Source: Nitrosopumilus sp. (lineage in GTDB: Archaea; Thermoproteota; Nitrososphaeria; Nitrososphaerales; Nitrosopumilaceae). From it: a stretch of DNA of 64,000 nt. Positions within the stretch are counted from its first letter, which is position 1. Every line of letters begins with the position of its first letter. The position numbers and the translations under genes are program-made. Shown one piece after another: positions 31,362 to 41,973 of this stretch. The notes below the pieces were generated by a model, which saw only the letters and a list, made by a program, of their open reading frames with translations, did not search any database and was not told where the DNA came from. Location of the stretch: NCBI GenBank assembly GCA_965224195.1, contig OZ245040.1, positions 1,504,001-1,568,000 of the forward strand, given 5' to 3'.

Positions 31362-31412
31362 ATATTACAAAATTAGTATAAAAACATAAAATGAAATATC
31401 GAGGCTAAAATT

Positions 31413-32174
31413 CTAAAACAAATTTCCAGAAAAGGAATCAGAGAATAATTTTACAGCTGCAATTAGAATAACAACAGAAACAAGAATTTGTAAATAACGT
31501 TCTTTGATATCAATAGACAATCTTGCACCAACCAATCCTCCGATAAACGAACCAATGGATAAGAATCCTGCTTGAAGAAAATCAGGATGTCCCAAGAAAC
31601 TATGAACAATTACTCCAGATAAAGATGCAAACAAGAGAATCATTTGAGACGTAGGAGCAGCTTTTTTCATTGCCATTCCCATTCCCACAACCATTAACGG
31701 AACGAAAATTATTCCACCACCAATACCAAAAAAGGAAGAAATTATTCCTGCAAAGAAACTTGCACCAATTACAAAAACAATCATTTGTTTTGAAATAGTT
31801 TTCTCTTTGGTTTCAATTTTTTTTCTTAAAAATATGTACACAGCTGATGCAATCAATACAAATCCAAACAAAATTTTAAAAATATCAGGCGCAACATCAG
31901 TGGATATTATTGCACCAAGAATGGTTCCAGGAATTGAAAGTAATCCAAGTTTAAAACCTAAAGAATATTCTATTCGTTTTTGTTTTGAGTAAGAGATTGT
32001 AGAGGCAGCAGCATTACTTAACGCAGCAAACAAACTGTTACTTGCAGCAACAGTTGGAGGGAATCCCAAAAATGTTAATACCGGAACTACAATTATTCCA
32101 CCACCAAGACCAATCATAGAACCTAAAAGTCCAGCTGCGAATCCCAAAGGAATTAGCCATAGTTGATCAATCAT
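31413..32174 (-). CDS. TauE/SafE (sulfite exporter) family permease
   Basis: Twice-repeated G(L/I)GGGII.VP motif, multiple TM helices. Confidence 0.92.
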   Translation of the reverse strand: MIDQLWLIPLGFAAGLLGSMIGLGGGIIVVPVLTFLGFPPTVAASNSLFAALSNAAASTISYSKQKRIEYSLGFKLGLLSIPGTILGAIISTDVAPDIFKILFGFVLIASAVYIFLRKKIETKEKTISKQMIVFVIGASFFAGIISSFFGIGGGIIFVPLMVVGMGMAMKKAAPTSQMILLFASLSGVIVHSFLGHPDFLQAGFLSIGSFIGGLVGARLSIDIKERYLQILVSVVILIAAVKLFSDSFSGNLF

Positions 32175-32213
32175 TGTAATGTCAATCAGAGAATTTTCTA
32201 TTATATAATTAAA

Positions 32214-32846
32214 CTATTTTAGAATAAGCAATGTCTGCAAAATAGAATTATCCTTTGTAGTTATTTCTAAAAGTATTTCATATCCGGCTAAATCATCGAT
32301 TTTAGATTTAATATTACGCTTGTCAGAATCAATGTAAAAAGTTTGAACCTCCTCCAACCATGAAGAAATTGTAGGATAGTCTTCAGATTTTTCTTCTTCC
32401 CAGCAGTCACAAACAAGGGTTTCAATCATAACCTCAAACACAGTAAAAACTTCATCTTGACTTGATTCTAGAGAAGGGGTTTCAAGATTAGCAATAGCTA
32501 GAATAGGAGACTGAGTATCTCCTCCAATGTTGATATTTCCAAGAGAAGTTCCCTGATAGTCCAATACTGCAGTGGTAGTACAGTATTCTACACTTCTTGG
32601 AAGTCCCTTTTCAAAATAAGTACAGTATTGACTTATGGTGTGATCAGCAATTGCTGTAGGAGAAGAGACAAAAATATTGTGGTCTTCTAAATTATTTTGA
32701 ATGTGTTCAATATCATAATAACTAAATCCAACATCATAGATCAATTGAGATTCAGAGTCTGAAGATGTATCATTTGATAACATAAGAAAAACTGAAACAG
32801 CAATAATAATTCCCACTAAAATAGGAATTATAATCATCTTGTTCAT
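32214..32846 (-). CDS. Membrane-anchored acidic hypothetical protein
   Basis: 210 aa with signal anchor. Confidence 0.75.
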   Translation of the reverse strand: MNKMIIIPILVGIIIAVSVFLMLSNDTSSDSESQLIYDVGFSYYDIEHIQNNLEDHNIFVSSPTAIADHTISQYCTYFEKGLPRSVEYCTTTAVLDYQGTSLGNINIGGDTQSPILAIANLETPSLESSQDEVFTVFEVMIETLVCDCWEEEKSEDYPTISSWLEEVQTFYIDSDKRNIKSKIDDLAGYEILLEITTKDNSILQTLLILK

Positions 32847-32886
32847 AAAAAATCTATTTTTTATTCAAAGATAAGGCTTTGCAATT

Positions 32887-33378
32887 TTATATTGATATAA
32901 TGGTTAATTTTGAATCTATTGTGATATTGTTTTGATCAATAAATCCAGAAGTCAATTCAAGAACATATGATGCTTCATTATCTGGCACTACACTCTGACA
33001 AGTAGTTATTTCTACTACAGTTTTACATGGTGGTACATCTTTTTCAATATGTACAACATTTCCATCTTGATCAAACCAAATCATATCTAAGGGAAATTGC
33101 ATGTTAAGCATCCATAAAGAGTACAATCCAGGTTCAGTAAATACAAAAATCATTCCTTGATCATAAGGTAATTGATCTTGGAACATCAATCCACGAACTC
33201 TTCGTGGTTCAGAATCAGCAATTTGAACTTCTAGTGCAACATCATCAACCAAAATAGTACCACGAGGGAATTCAACGGATTCTAATTTACTATCACTTGG
33301 AAGAGTCAACATACCAACTACTCCAATAATCACAGCTGCAATTGTAATTGGAATTAATGCTTGAGCACGAGTTGTCAT
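32887..33378 (-). CDS. DUF192 family protein
   Basis: RGLMF...GMIFVF...LWMLNMQFPLDMIW...YVLEL. Confidence 0.92.
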   Translation of the reverse strand: MTTRAQALIPITIAAVIIGVVGMLTLPSDSKLESVEFPRGTILVDDVALEVQIADSEPRRVRGLMFQDQLPYDQGMIFVFTEPGLYSLWMLNMQFPLDMIWFDQDGNVVHIEKDVPPCKTVVEITTCQSVVPDNEASYVLELTSGFIDQNNITIDSKLTIISI

Positions 33379-33418
33379 GAATTAATTGGTTTGGCTCCTT
33401 TTTAAAAACTAAGAGTAT

Positions 33419-33769
33419 TTACATTACAGAATTTCTAAAGTCACTAATGGTAGACATGTTATTTTTTGTCTGATGCCCAATGTCATTAAGGGTGGAACCA
33501 TTGTATTTTTTGTCAAGATATCGTCCAGCAACTATCATAGGTCCTCCAATAGCACAAGTCACACCAGTTGGTTCAGGTACCCATAACATCAAAAATCCTA
33601 TTTTTTGAAGTTTTTTACCAGGGGCAGGTGCTTTTTGTAGAGCCCCCAATGAACGAGCAGTATGTTTGTCATTCATCCCAGATACTTCACAATACAGATT
33701 TGCCCTACGCTTAGCAGAATCAGAGAATTTCTTCAATTTTTCGAGACGTTCCTTTAAGGGATCAACCAT
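33419..33769 (-). CDS. Hypothetical protein
   Basis: 116-aa ORF. Confidence 0.7.
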   Translation of the reverse strand: MVDPLKERLEKLKKFSDSAKRRANLYCEVSGMNDKHTARSLGALQKAPAPGKKLQKIGFLMLWVPEPTGVTCAIGGPMIVAGRYLDKKYNGSTLNDIGHQTKNNMSTISDFRNSVM

Positions 33770-33901
33770 TCCAACCTTGATTTAGAAGAAATTAGTTAAG
33801 AAACAAAGATCAACTCATGTCACATTCAAGTCAACAAAGAATAGCTAAAATCAACAAAAAGACACTCAATTATACTAGATTTCATTTAGATACAAAGATA
33901 C

Positions 33902-34366
33902 ATGAAAACTAAGAATTCCAAAAGACTAGATTCAATCAAAGCAGCTCATGAATTAGAAAGAACTCGTTCAAGTTCAAGAATGGAAGATTATTTGGAAATT
34001 ATTGGAGAATTAGTAGAGTTGAAAGGATATGCAACCACTTTGGATATTTCAAGATACATGAATGTCAGTGCACCAAGTGTAACTAAAATGCTTCAAAGAC
34101 TAGAGGAAAATGGGTTTTTAGAATATGAAAAATATCATGGAATCAATCTTACAGATAAAGGAATGCAAGTTGCAGAAGGAATAAGACAGAAACATGGAAT
34201 ATTATTAGAATTTTTTGAAATTTTAGGAGTAGGATATGAAACAGCCAACCAAGATGCAGAAGGAATAGAACATCACTTAAATCCAAAAACAATAAAACAA
34301 TTAAGAAAATTTATTACTTTTCTGAAAGCAAATCCAAAAATTATTGATAATTTTAAAAATCTTTAA
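33902..34366 (+). CDS. DtxR/MntR metal-dependent regulator
   Basis: MEDYLEII...SAPSVTKML...DAEGIEH. Confidence 0.93.
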   Translation: MKTKNSKRLDSIKAAHELERTRSSSRMEDYLEIIGELVELKGYATTLDISRYMNVSAPSVTKMLQRLEENGFLEYEKYHGINLTDKGMQVAEGIRQKHGILLEFFEILGVGYETANQDAEGIEHHLNPKTIKQLRKFITFLKANPKIIDNFKNL

Positions 34367-36173
34367 GATATAATTTGATATCATTTTGTGAAGATGAAAA
34401 ATCCATCAAGGTTCGTGCCACATCAGAACGTTTTGGAATTTTAAGTTGTCCTTTTTTTCCAATTCTAACAGATGCAACGAATTTTTCATTGGCATAGATA
34501 TCAGTATGCATTGATGTAAAATCCCTATTCACAGTAAGAAGAATTGCAGTTTTTGATTCAGAGAAACTAAATGGTAAATCATTAGATGTTAGTGATATAT
34601 CATCAGGTGATTTTTCAACAACGTCAATATGGACTTTGAGTAATTTTTCAATTTCATTAATGTTTGAGCCTCCACGTCCAATAATGGATGCAATATTTCG
34701 CTCATTGACCATAACTTTAACTCGATTATCAGATAAAATTTCAACTTCTGCATGTGGATCATATTGTCTGAAAGTTTCTTTAATTTTATCCTCAGCAAGT
34801 TTTTCTATTCCAATTTTATCGACTTTTTTCCCTACTGGAACTATAACATTTTCTTCACCAAAAGTGTAAATCTCATGTTCTAGAACATCATTCTCAAAAT
34901 TTCTAATTTCAATTACGGGTCTAGCCAAATCAGATTCAGTCATCCCAGTTGGAACTTTTACTTTTAATTCTAAATCATATACCATTTGAATTTCACCGTC
35001 TTTTACAAAAACTACAGTATCCAAAACATTTGGAATAATTCCTAATTCAATTTTACCAATGAATCGCTGAATTGCATCTAATGGAGAATTTGCATGTACA
35101 ACGCCAACCATTCCAACTCCAGTTAATCTCAAATCAGCAAAAGTAGCAAAATCTTCCCTTCGTCTTACTTCATCAAAAATTGTATAATCAGGTCTAACTA
35201 ATAATAAAATATCAGCAGAATTATCAAAACTTCCATCAAGTTTACTGTATTGAGTTACTCCCGAATCAACTTGTAAATCTCGTGGAGATTCAAATGTTTT
35301 TACAATCTTTCCCTGTTTATGATAAAAATTTGCAAGTCCTGATGCAAGTGTACTTTTTCCAGAACCAGGAGCACCTGAAATAACAATACCTTCTGCACTA
35401 CCAGAGAATCGTTCCATTAATTTTTCAGAAATAGAATAATCTTCAAGAGATAATTTTACAATTGGATGAACTATGGTAATTTCAAAAGATTCTGAAAAAG
35501 GAGGATGTGTAATTGCAATTCTATAATCTTGATGTTGAACAACAGATGCGCCTGTTTTAGATATTTCCAGAGCAGTAGAATCAGATATGTTCACGACATC
35601 CAAAATTTGTGCTGAAATCATTTCTAAATAATCCTTAGATAGAAGATCATCATTTAACTTTGTCAACACAAAGGCTCCAGGTTTTCCTTTTTTTGCCAAA
35701 GGGCATTGATTTTCTTTTAGATGAACACTCATTGTTTCAGAATCAAAATATTTTAAAAATTCTAAAGATTCATTTTTAATTTCAGATTTTAAAAATACTG
35801 TTTCAACACCTTCTCCCTGCGCCACCAAATGTTGAACATGATCAGAGGTGTACAGTATTGCATTGTTTTGTTTAGCCATATCTACTATTAGAGAATCAAT
35901 TCTCCCACTACTAGCAAGATTCACATCATCTGAAGAAGGATGTGTTCCATCCACAACAATACTTAGCCCATAACTTCCAGACAATAATTTCAGCTTTCGA
36001 ATCTTCTCAAGACCAATAAATCCCTGTTCTTTTTTCTTCGATGCCTGTGATTGCAACTCATCAAATACAGCTTGAGGAATAATGATTTCAAAATTTCTAA
36101 CACTCCCAGATTCAATTTGGGATACAAGTTGGCCATTGATAATTACGCTAGTATCAGCTACAATTTTTGACAA
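34353..36173 (-). CDS. PINA: PIN + P-loop ATPase + KH domain protein
   Basis: VADTSVII, GAPGSGKST, RPDYTIFDEVR, IIGRGG. Confidence 0.93.
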   Translation of the reverse strand: MSKIVADTSVIINGQLVSQIESGSVRNFEIIIPQAVFDELQSQASKKKEQGFIGLEKIRKLKLLSGSYGLSIVVDGTHPSSDDVNLASSGRIDSLIVDMAKQNNAILYTSDHVQHLVAQGEGVETVFLKSEIKNESLEFLKYFDSETMSVHLKENQCPLAKKGKPGAFVLTKLNDDLLSKDYLEMISAQILDVVNISDSTALEISKTGASVVQHQDYRIAITHPPFSESFEITIVHPIVKLSLEDYSISEKLMERFSGSAEGIVISGAPGSGKSTLASGLANFYHKQGKIVKTFESPRDLQVDSGVTQYSKLDGSFDNSADILLLVRPDYTIFDEVRRREDFATFADLRLTGVGMVGVVHANSPLDAIQRFIGKIELGIIPNVLDTVVFVKDGEIQMVYDLELKVKVPTGMTESDLARPVIEIRNFENDVLEHEIYTFGEENVIVPVGKKVDKIGIEKLAEDKIKETFRQYDPHAEVEILSDNRVKVMVNERNIASIIGRGGSNINEIEKLLKVHIDVVEKSPDDISLTSNDLPFSFSESKTAILLTVNRDFTSMHTDIYANEKFVASVRIGKKGQLKIPKRSDVARTLMDFSSSQNDIKLYLKDF

Positions 36174-36523
36174 ATTTTAGTTCAATGGATTAGATGATTA
36201 ATGCCCTAATTTACTTTCTTAAATTAAAGACTTGATGATTCTAAATGCCATTAATTGCTTAAAGAAAACAAACTTTCAGAACTAAAATCACTCACACTCT
36301 TAACAAAATGGATATTTTTTCATTCAGATTATGGAACAACTACATGAGAAAAACAAGGAATTTTATGAAAATTGTACCAAGTATTTTGAATTTTTACGTA
36401 AAAAATCAGGTACAGACTATAATTTTGAAGATGAGTACTATTTCACCATGCCTGCAATATCAAGGCAGAGATAGCAGAAGATTTACGAGCAACTCACAAT
36501 TGCATAGAATATGAAATACAAGA

Positions 36524-36666
36524 TTACAGGATCTTGCAGATAAGGCACTCAAATATGCAGAACAGTCAGGTGCTCAATATTGTAACATTAGAGCAGAACA
36601 ACAAGAACGAAGATCAGTATTAATAGGAAAAAATCAGTAGAATATGTTAAAGTTGATAACGATGCA
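36524..36666 (+). pseudogene. TldD/PmbA-like N-terminal remnant at the island boundary
   Basis: LQDLADKALKYAEQSGAQYCNIRAEQQERRSVLI, then frameshift and truncation. Confidence 0.55.
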
Positions 36667-36718
36667 TCTTGTAAGAAAAATGACCAAAAAAACAAGGACT
36701 AAATCAAAGGTGTAAGAA

Positions 36719-37940
36719 TTATTCATCTGCTGGCATTGTGGGCACGAACTACTGACTGCAAGTATTGCACTGCCTTTGCCTACTCTATCTTCATCGCATC
36801 TATTACCACTGGGTCTGACAGCTTGTCTGATGATGGCACTATCCAGATGGTTACTGGCTCTTTCAGGTCATTAAATGACTCATCAAAGAGCCCAGAGTTT
36901 GAATAATATTCCTTTACGTATTGCAGTGCACGATCCTTCTCATAGGATATGATACCATCATAGTTTGAGTTTGTCCTGCTCATTACATTTTTGATGTCAT
37001 CCTGGTATCGTACAAACTCGTCTCTTTCCAGCTAGAGCCACGTGCCAAAGTCGTTATGTGTCCATGCATATCCCCACTGGTCAGCAGTCAAAAATGTCAG
37101 AGCTTGAGCAGCAACAGCAGGTCGTTATGTGTCCATGCATATCCCCACGGGTCAGCCCACAGGTTGCCGGCTCTGTCTGTCTGGGTCAGTACCAGCTGGT
37201 GGATGCTTGCATATTCCTCTGAGTGATACATGCCGCTGCTTACAATGTGTCTCACATCAGCAGGGTTTAGTGACTCCCCAATTACGACAAAGCCGTGATT
37301 AAAATAATTCATGTGGATTCGTCTGTCAGTATCGACTGCTCCAATAGCAAATACCTTGTGTATTGGCGTCTCGTTGAAGTCAAACTGCAGCGTTACAGTG
37401 TGGCATTTTGGCGTTGTGTCTGTGCGCAGGCATTTGCTTGGCTCTATGGTTGCAGCAGTTACCGTACCATCCAGTAACCCTTCTGCATCAAGCACATCAA
37501 TTCTGACTACATAGTTATTGGGACTGGTATAGTTTCTAGACAGGTGTACCTTTACGCTTGTCTCTACATTATATACATCTCCAAGTCTTGGCACTCCAAA
37601 GAAAAACTCCACATAAGATAATATCTTGTCTGTGCATACCTTGCCTTGCAGATAGTTTGTGGTGTCTACCAGGATTTTGTCCTCAGGATACTCAGTGTGC
37701 CAGTCCGTCACGTCAACGCAGTTTTCATTCAGGCACATGCCGTTATTTACAATTAAATCATGTGTCAACTGAGACTTGCCAAAGGTTGGCTTTTTGTAAT
37801 CCTGCTGTATGATTGCAACATCATTGTTTGCAGCTGTGGTTGTTGCATCAACTGTTCCAATAGTTGTTGAAAATAATATTGATGCTGATACCAGTAGTAG
37901 AATTGTTATGTGATACTGCGTGTACCCCCTCCCCCTTCAT
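36719..37940 (-). pseudogene. Secreted surface-protein pseudogene (frameshift in G-tract, 71-bp insertion, two TAG codons)
   Basis: Reconstructed: MKGEG/YTQYHITILLLVSASILFSTTIGTVDA...KPTFG...VDVTDWHTEYP...ADPWGYAWTHND/FGTWL*LERDEF...MSRTNSNY. Confidence 0.8.
37050..37156. repeat. 36-bp direct repeat flanking a 35-bp insert
   Basis: gtcgttatgtgtccatgcatatccccac(t/g)ggtcagc at 37050-37085 and 37121-37156. Confidence 0.95.
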
Positions 37941-38206
37941 TGTTTGCTTTAAGCTCATTTACAATTATAGGATTTATATAATATTTAATACATCTTTCAT
38001 TCACAACCAGCCAGCGATCTCCTGACGTATGGTTTTGATTTCATATATTCATACTGCAATTATTCAACCGACTGGAATATTGAGGAGCCAAGTTTCAAGA
38101 AATATTCTCAAAATTTACAGCAAAAAGAATTTTGGAAAAAAGATTCTCAAATATGCAATAAAATTAGTCTATTCATCCGGCAAGATGAATCTGTAAAAGA
38201 TATCAG

Positions 38207-38545
38207 TTGACTCATCATGATGGGTCAATCAAAGAAATCACATCAGTTTATGCAGACAAGGAATACGACAGCACAGCAATCAGAAATTATTTGAAAAATA
38301 GAAACATTACCCCATGCATTCCAAAAAGAAATTTCAAGAAAAACAGTACTGAAAAATATAGTTACAAAAATTACAACAAGGTGAGATTTGTTGTGGAGAG
38401 ATTTTTTGCATGGTTCTGGTCCACTATGGTTGAACAATGGTTTTCATAGAACTAGAATCAGACATGAAAGAATTACAGATAATTATTTGTCATTTGCTTA
38501 TTTGGCATCAATTATGATGTATTGGAGGGTTTTAGGATAAGTTGA
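38207..38545 (+). pseudogene. IS5-family transposase C-terminal remnant
   Basis: YADKEYDS...IPKR...RFVVERFFAW, then shifted frame GFHRTRIRHER...WRVLG*. Confidence 0.85.
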
Positions 38546-38548
38546 ATA

Positions 38549-38654
38549 GATGAGTTGCGCAATTGATTCAAAATGCAAGTAAAATTTAGTCTCAGATCTC
38601 GATACTTAACACGAAGAAGATCCATAGTTGAGGTCTTGATTACTTAACAGAACC
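38549..38654. mobile_element. Orphan IS5 end plus IS6-type end
   Basis: ta-GATGAGTTGCGCAATTG identical to the 13263 TIR; ttacttaaCAGAACC ending at 38654. Confidence 0.75.
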
Positions 38655-38931
38655 TAATAATAACATCATAATCATCATATAGATTGAATTTTTCTTATAG
38701 ACCTGGCCATATGCTATTGTATCCTTTTCTGGCTCGGGTTTAGATTTTGGTTCTGGTTTAGTTTTCCAAAATCTCTTAAAATGATTTAACATCATGAGGT
38801 TTTTTAAAGAAATATACTAAAAGAAAGTATTTTAACTAAAAAGATTAACGTTAACGTGTTTTAGAATTTTCTTTCCTTTTCATTTGATTGTATTTTCTTC
38901 ATTACATCGTCATAGTTAATTTTCCATCAGG

Positions 38932-39039
38932 TAAGAAGTGTGTAAATATTTTTCCTATGTTTCCATCTTGAGAATTTTGTTAAATGTAATGTCTATGCTC
39001 TTTTAAGAAGTGTGTAAATATTTTTCCTATGTTTCCATC
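38932..39039. repeat. 36-bp direct repeat flanking a 36-bp insert
   Basis: taagaagtgtgtaaatatttttcctatgtttccatc at 38932-38967 and 39004-39039. Confidence 0.95.
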
Positions 39040-39390
39040 AGGTAAGATTTTAAAAGTTATGATAACTGTTTGATTGCCATTAGTTGAAGTGAATCCTATC
39101 TTCCGGTCTGTAAGATAAGATGTGTCTCCTAATGATTGGACGTTTTTATATTTGGATGTAAAATTCATGTACTCTGGAGTTTGTTTGACTTTGTTTTCAA
39201 TACTGGTAAAAGGTTCCCATACAAGATCTCCGTAGATATTTCCAGATGAAAATAAATTCCAAATTAAACTGTATTGTGTAGCTCCCAAAATGACGAAAAT
39301 GGAGAGAAAAATAATTAAAATAATACCTGTCAATGGATTATTTTTAAAAAAAGAAAAAAAGTTAGAAATGAGCATGCCACCATTGAACAT
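38980..39390 (-). CDS. Membrane-anchored protein, C-terminus altered by the insert
   Basis: TM LTGIILIIFLSIFVILGA; overlaps the stop of the upstream gene. Confidence 0.7.
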   Translation of the reverse strand: MFNGGMLISNFFSFFKNNPLTGIILIIFLSIFVILGATQYSLIWNLFSSGNIYGDLVWEPFTSIENKVKQTPEYMNFTSKYKNVQSLGDTSYLTDRKIGFTSTNGNQTVIITFKILPDGNIGKIFTHFLKEHRHYI

Positions 39391-40693
39391 AGCTAGGCCA
39401 CCACAATCCAGGCCAAATATAACTTAGAACCTCAGGATTTGGTTCTTGACCATAGACGATATAGTCATAGCTTGATCTATCAATAATTGCCTGATCTCTG
39501 AACTGACCACTATTACAATTTCCTGGAGCGCCACTACTGACAACTTTGGCATAATCATATGGTCTAGAGGCTTCACCACTAAATGTTGCATATGAAGAAA
39601 CTTGATGATATCTATCACGCAGTAAATCATGCTGAGCTTGATAGAGGCTGCTGAATCCAGATTCGGAATCAATAACGCCTATATCTGGATGAGGATTAGA
39701 CATTCCATAACTTCCACAAGCACTAGGGCTTGAATTTGTACTGTGTCTTACTTTGGTGATTTCTGTATCAGACTCAACTCCAAATGCTGATTTTATAGGG
39801 GTTGAGACTTGATCATACATTACAAATACAATTTGCGTGTCATCTGTCAAATGTTCAGTATGAACTATACTCTCCACAGGATCAAACATTTTATGGAATT
39901 GTCCTGATTCCAATGATTCTATTGCATCATCAGATTGTTTCTCATCAACATCAGTTTGATCATAAAATGCATCGGCCATCTTATTGTGTATATCTGCAAA
40001 GTCTACAATTATCTGAATTTCAGAATTTGTCAATCCTTCAGATCTTAGAGTCTTTTTGTCTACAATCATGTGCATTGCATCATCAAAGGATACAAAATTC
40101 TCTGCATGTTCAAAAGCATGTCCAATTTCATCTATGGGATAACCAGTTACAATAGCATCCTCGTTCTCTTGGGCATACTGTCTGTCCAATCTGTCATTTA
40201 GCTTTGCAAGTCTATTCTCGGCCTTGGCAAGCTTTTCACTCAATACCTCAACTTTGTTGGAATTTTCTTTTGATTCCTGTGCAATCTTTACAGCTAACTT
40301 GGAAATTCGCTTCTCAACCTGATTGATTAGATGCTTAGTTGTTTCTATTTGCCCTTTTTTGGCATCTAGTTTATCCTGAATTTTGGCATGTTTTGCTTCT
40401 AACTTGACTAGTTTCTGCTCTACATTACCAATCTTTTCTTCAATGTCTTGAATGTGTTTTTGGTTTCCTTGTTCCTGTGCTTTGAGAAGTTTTTCTGCAA
40501 AGTCTGCCTTTTTGCTTTCAATGTTGGCAATCTCGTCTGCAATCTTTTGGAGTTTGATCTCAAGTTTGTCGATCTTTTTTTGTTTTTTATAGTCTGAGGT
40601 TGCAGCATCTGCCATATTCATAGATGAAAATGGTAGAATCATTGCAACAATCAACGAAGCAAACAAAAACGTTTTCGTTCTTCTATTTGTCAT
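39362..40693 (-). CDS. Secreted coiled-coil protein with Trp-rich C-terminal domain
   Basis: Signal peptide TKTFLFASLIVAMILPFSSMNMADA; long heptad region; EPNPEVLSYIWPGLWWPSYVQWWH. Confidence 0.85.
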   Translation of the reverse strand: MTNRRTKTFLFASLIVAMILPFSSMNMADAATSDYKKQKKIDKLEIKLQKIADEIANIESKKADFAEKLLKAQEQGNQKHIQDIEEKIGNVEQKLVKLEAKHAKIQDKLDAKKGQIETTKHLINQVEKRISKLAVKIAQESKENSNKVEVLSEKLAKAENRLAKLNDRLDRQYAQENEDAIVTGYPIDEIGHAFEHAENFVSFDDAMHMIVDKKTLRSEGLTNSEIQIIVDFADIHNKMADAFYDQTDVDEKQSDDAIESLESGQFHKMFDPVESIVHTEHLTDDTQIVFVMYDQVSTPIKSAFGVESDTEITKVRHSTNSSPSACGSYGMSNPHPDIGVIDSESGFSSLYQAQHDLLRDRYHQVSSYATFSGEASRPYDYAKVVSSGAPGNCNSGQFRDQAIIDRSSYDYIVYGQEPNPEVLSYIWPGLWWPSYVQWWHAHF

Positions 40694-41079
40694 TAAATTA
40701 GAATAAAATTATTTAGATTTAAAGATGATGATCAACTCATATAAAATATCATTAATCATATACCAAAATACTAAACAACAATACTAGGAACTCAAGTAAC
40801 AGATCAACGCTTTTATCTCAGATCATCACTGAATTTACCATGTCAAATAGTACAAAAAGTGCCAAATGTCCTCAGTGTCAGTTGACTGTCCGGGGAGAGT
40901 ATCTATGATATTTGGATATCGTGTAAACCAGAGGAAAAAGAAATCCAGTCCTGGTGTAAGGGATGCCGCTCTACTTCTTAACTGTCATACTCTATTAATG
41001 GCAGGGCTTTATCCTATTGATATTTCTCCATATGTTAGAATAATGCCATTAATTCCATTTTATATGTGGTATAATCACA

Positions 41080-41973
41080 GGTTCTGCTAACTTATCGAGG
41101 GATAAACTAGACTGAATTTTCCTTGTATAAACTGGCGTTTTCAATAATAGTTTTCCATCTATTCTTACCATCAACTTCAATCATGGCTTGTTCTGCTGGT
41201 GTCTTGCCTTTCAAAGAACCGTGTTTCTTTGTGAAATTGTAATAGGCCTTCATTCCGTCAATCAAAGGAGTATCAAATTTCTTTAATCCTCGGAATACTT
41301 TCTCTCTGTCTCTTATTTCTCCATTCAATCTCTCCATCTTGTTATTGCTGCCTCTGCCTCTTCTGCCTGCAATGTGAATATGTCCGACATGGTTGGTTTT
41401 CTTTCCAAAGACTTTCTTGCTTGACTTCATATATGCTGGCAGTCCATCAGTTACAAAGTGTGCAGGGGATTTTCCAATCTTCTTTTTTGTCAATTCCAAT
41501 AATGTGCCTGCATTATGCTGGAATTTTGTCTCTGACGTGTCACTAGCCAACCAGTAACGAGTATCATCATCCATAGAGGCAAAGAGATAGTTTTGTTTTC
41601 CTGCGATTTTAATCCAAACCTCATCTGCTCTGACCATAGCCCTGTCATTGGTTCTTGGTACAATGTCATTTAGATATTTTGAAACCATTGTGGAATATTT
41701 ACAAATCCATTTGTAAACTGCAACATCAGATACCTCAATACCCATCATCTCATAATGGTTTGAAATATCCCTTGTGGACATCCACGAATAATACATTTGT
41801 AATGCATCTGTAATTGTATTGGGGCTATCTTGTTTTCTCAAATCCAAAGTTTAAGCTAAATTTCTTCTTGCAGTCTAGACATTCAAAGATTCTAACTTTA
41901 CCGTTTTTGTTCTTTCTAAATCCATCTTTTCTTAATCTGCCTGAATCACAGTATTTGCATAGTTCTAATTTTG
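41080..41973 (-). mobile_element. IS6-family element, frameshifted and 5'-truncated transposase with TIR at 41080
   Basis: ADEVWIK, YLFASMDDDTR, VTDGLPAY, NNKMERLNGEIRDRE; upstream Zn finger CKYC...CLDC in another frame; GGTTCTGCTAAC. Confidence 0.9.
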
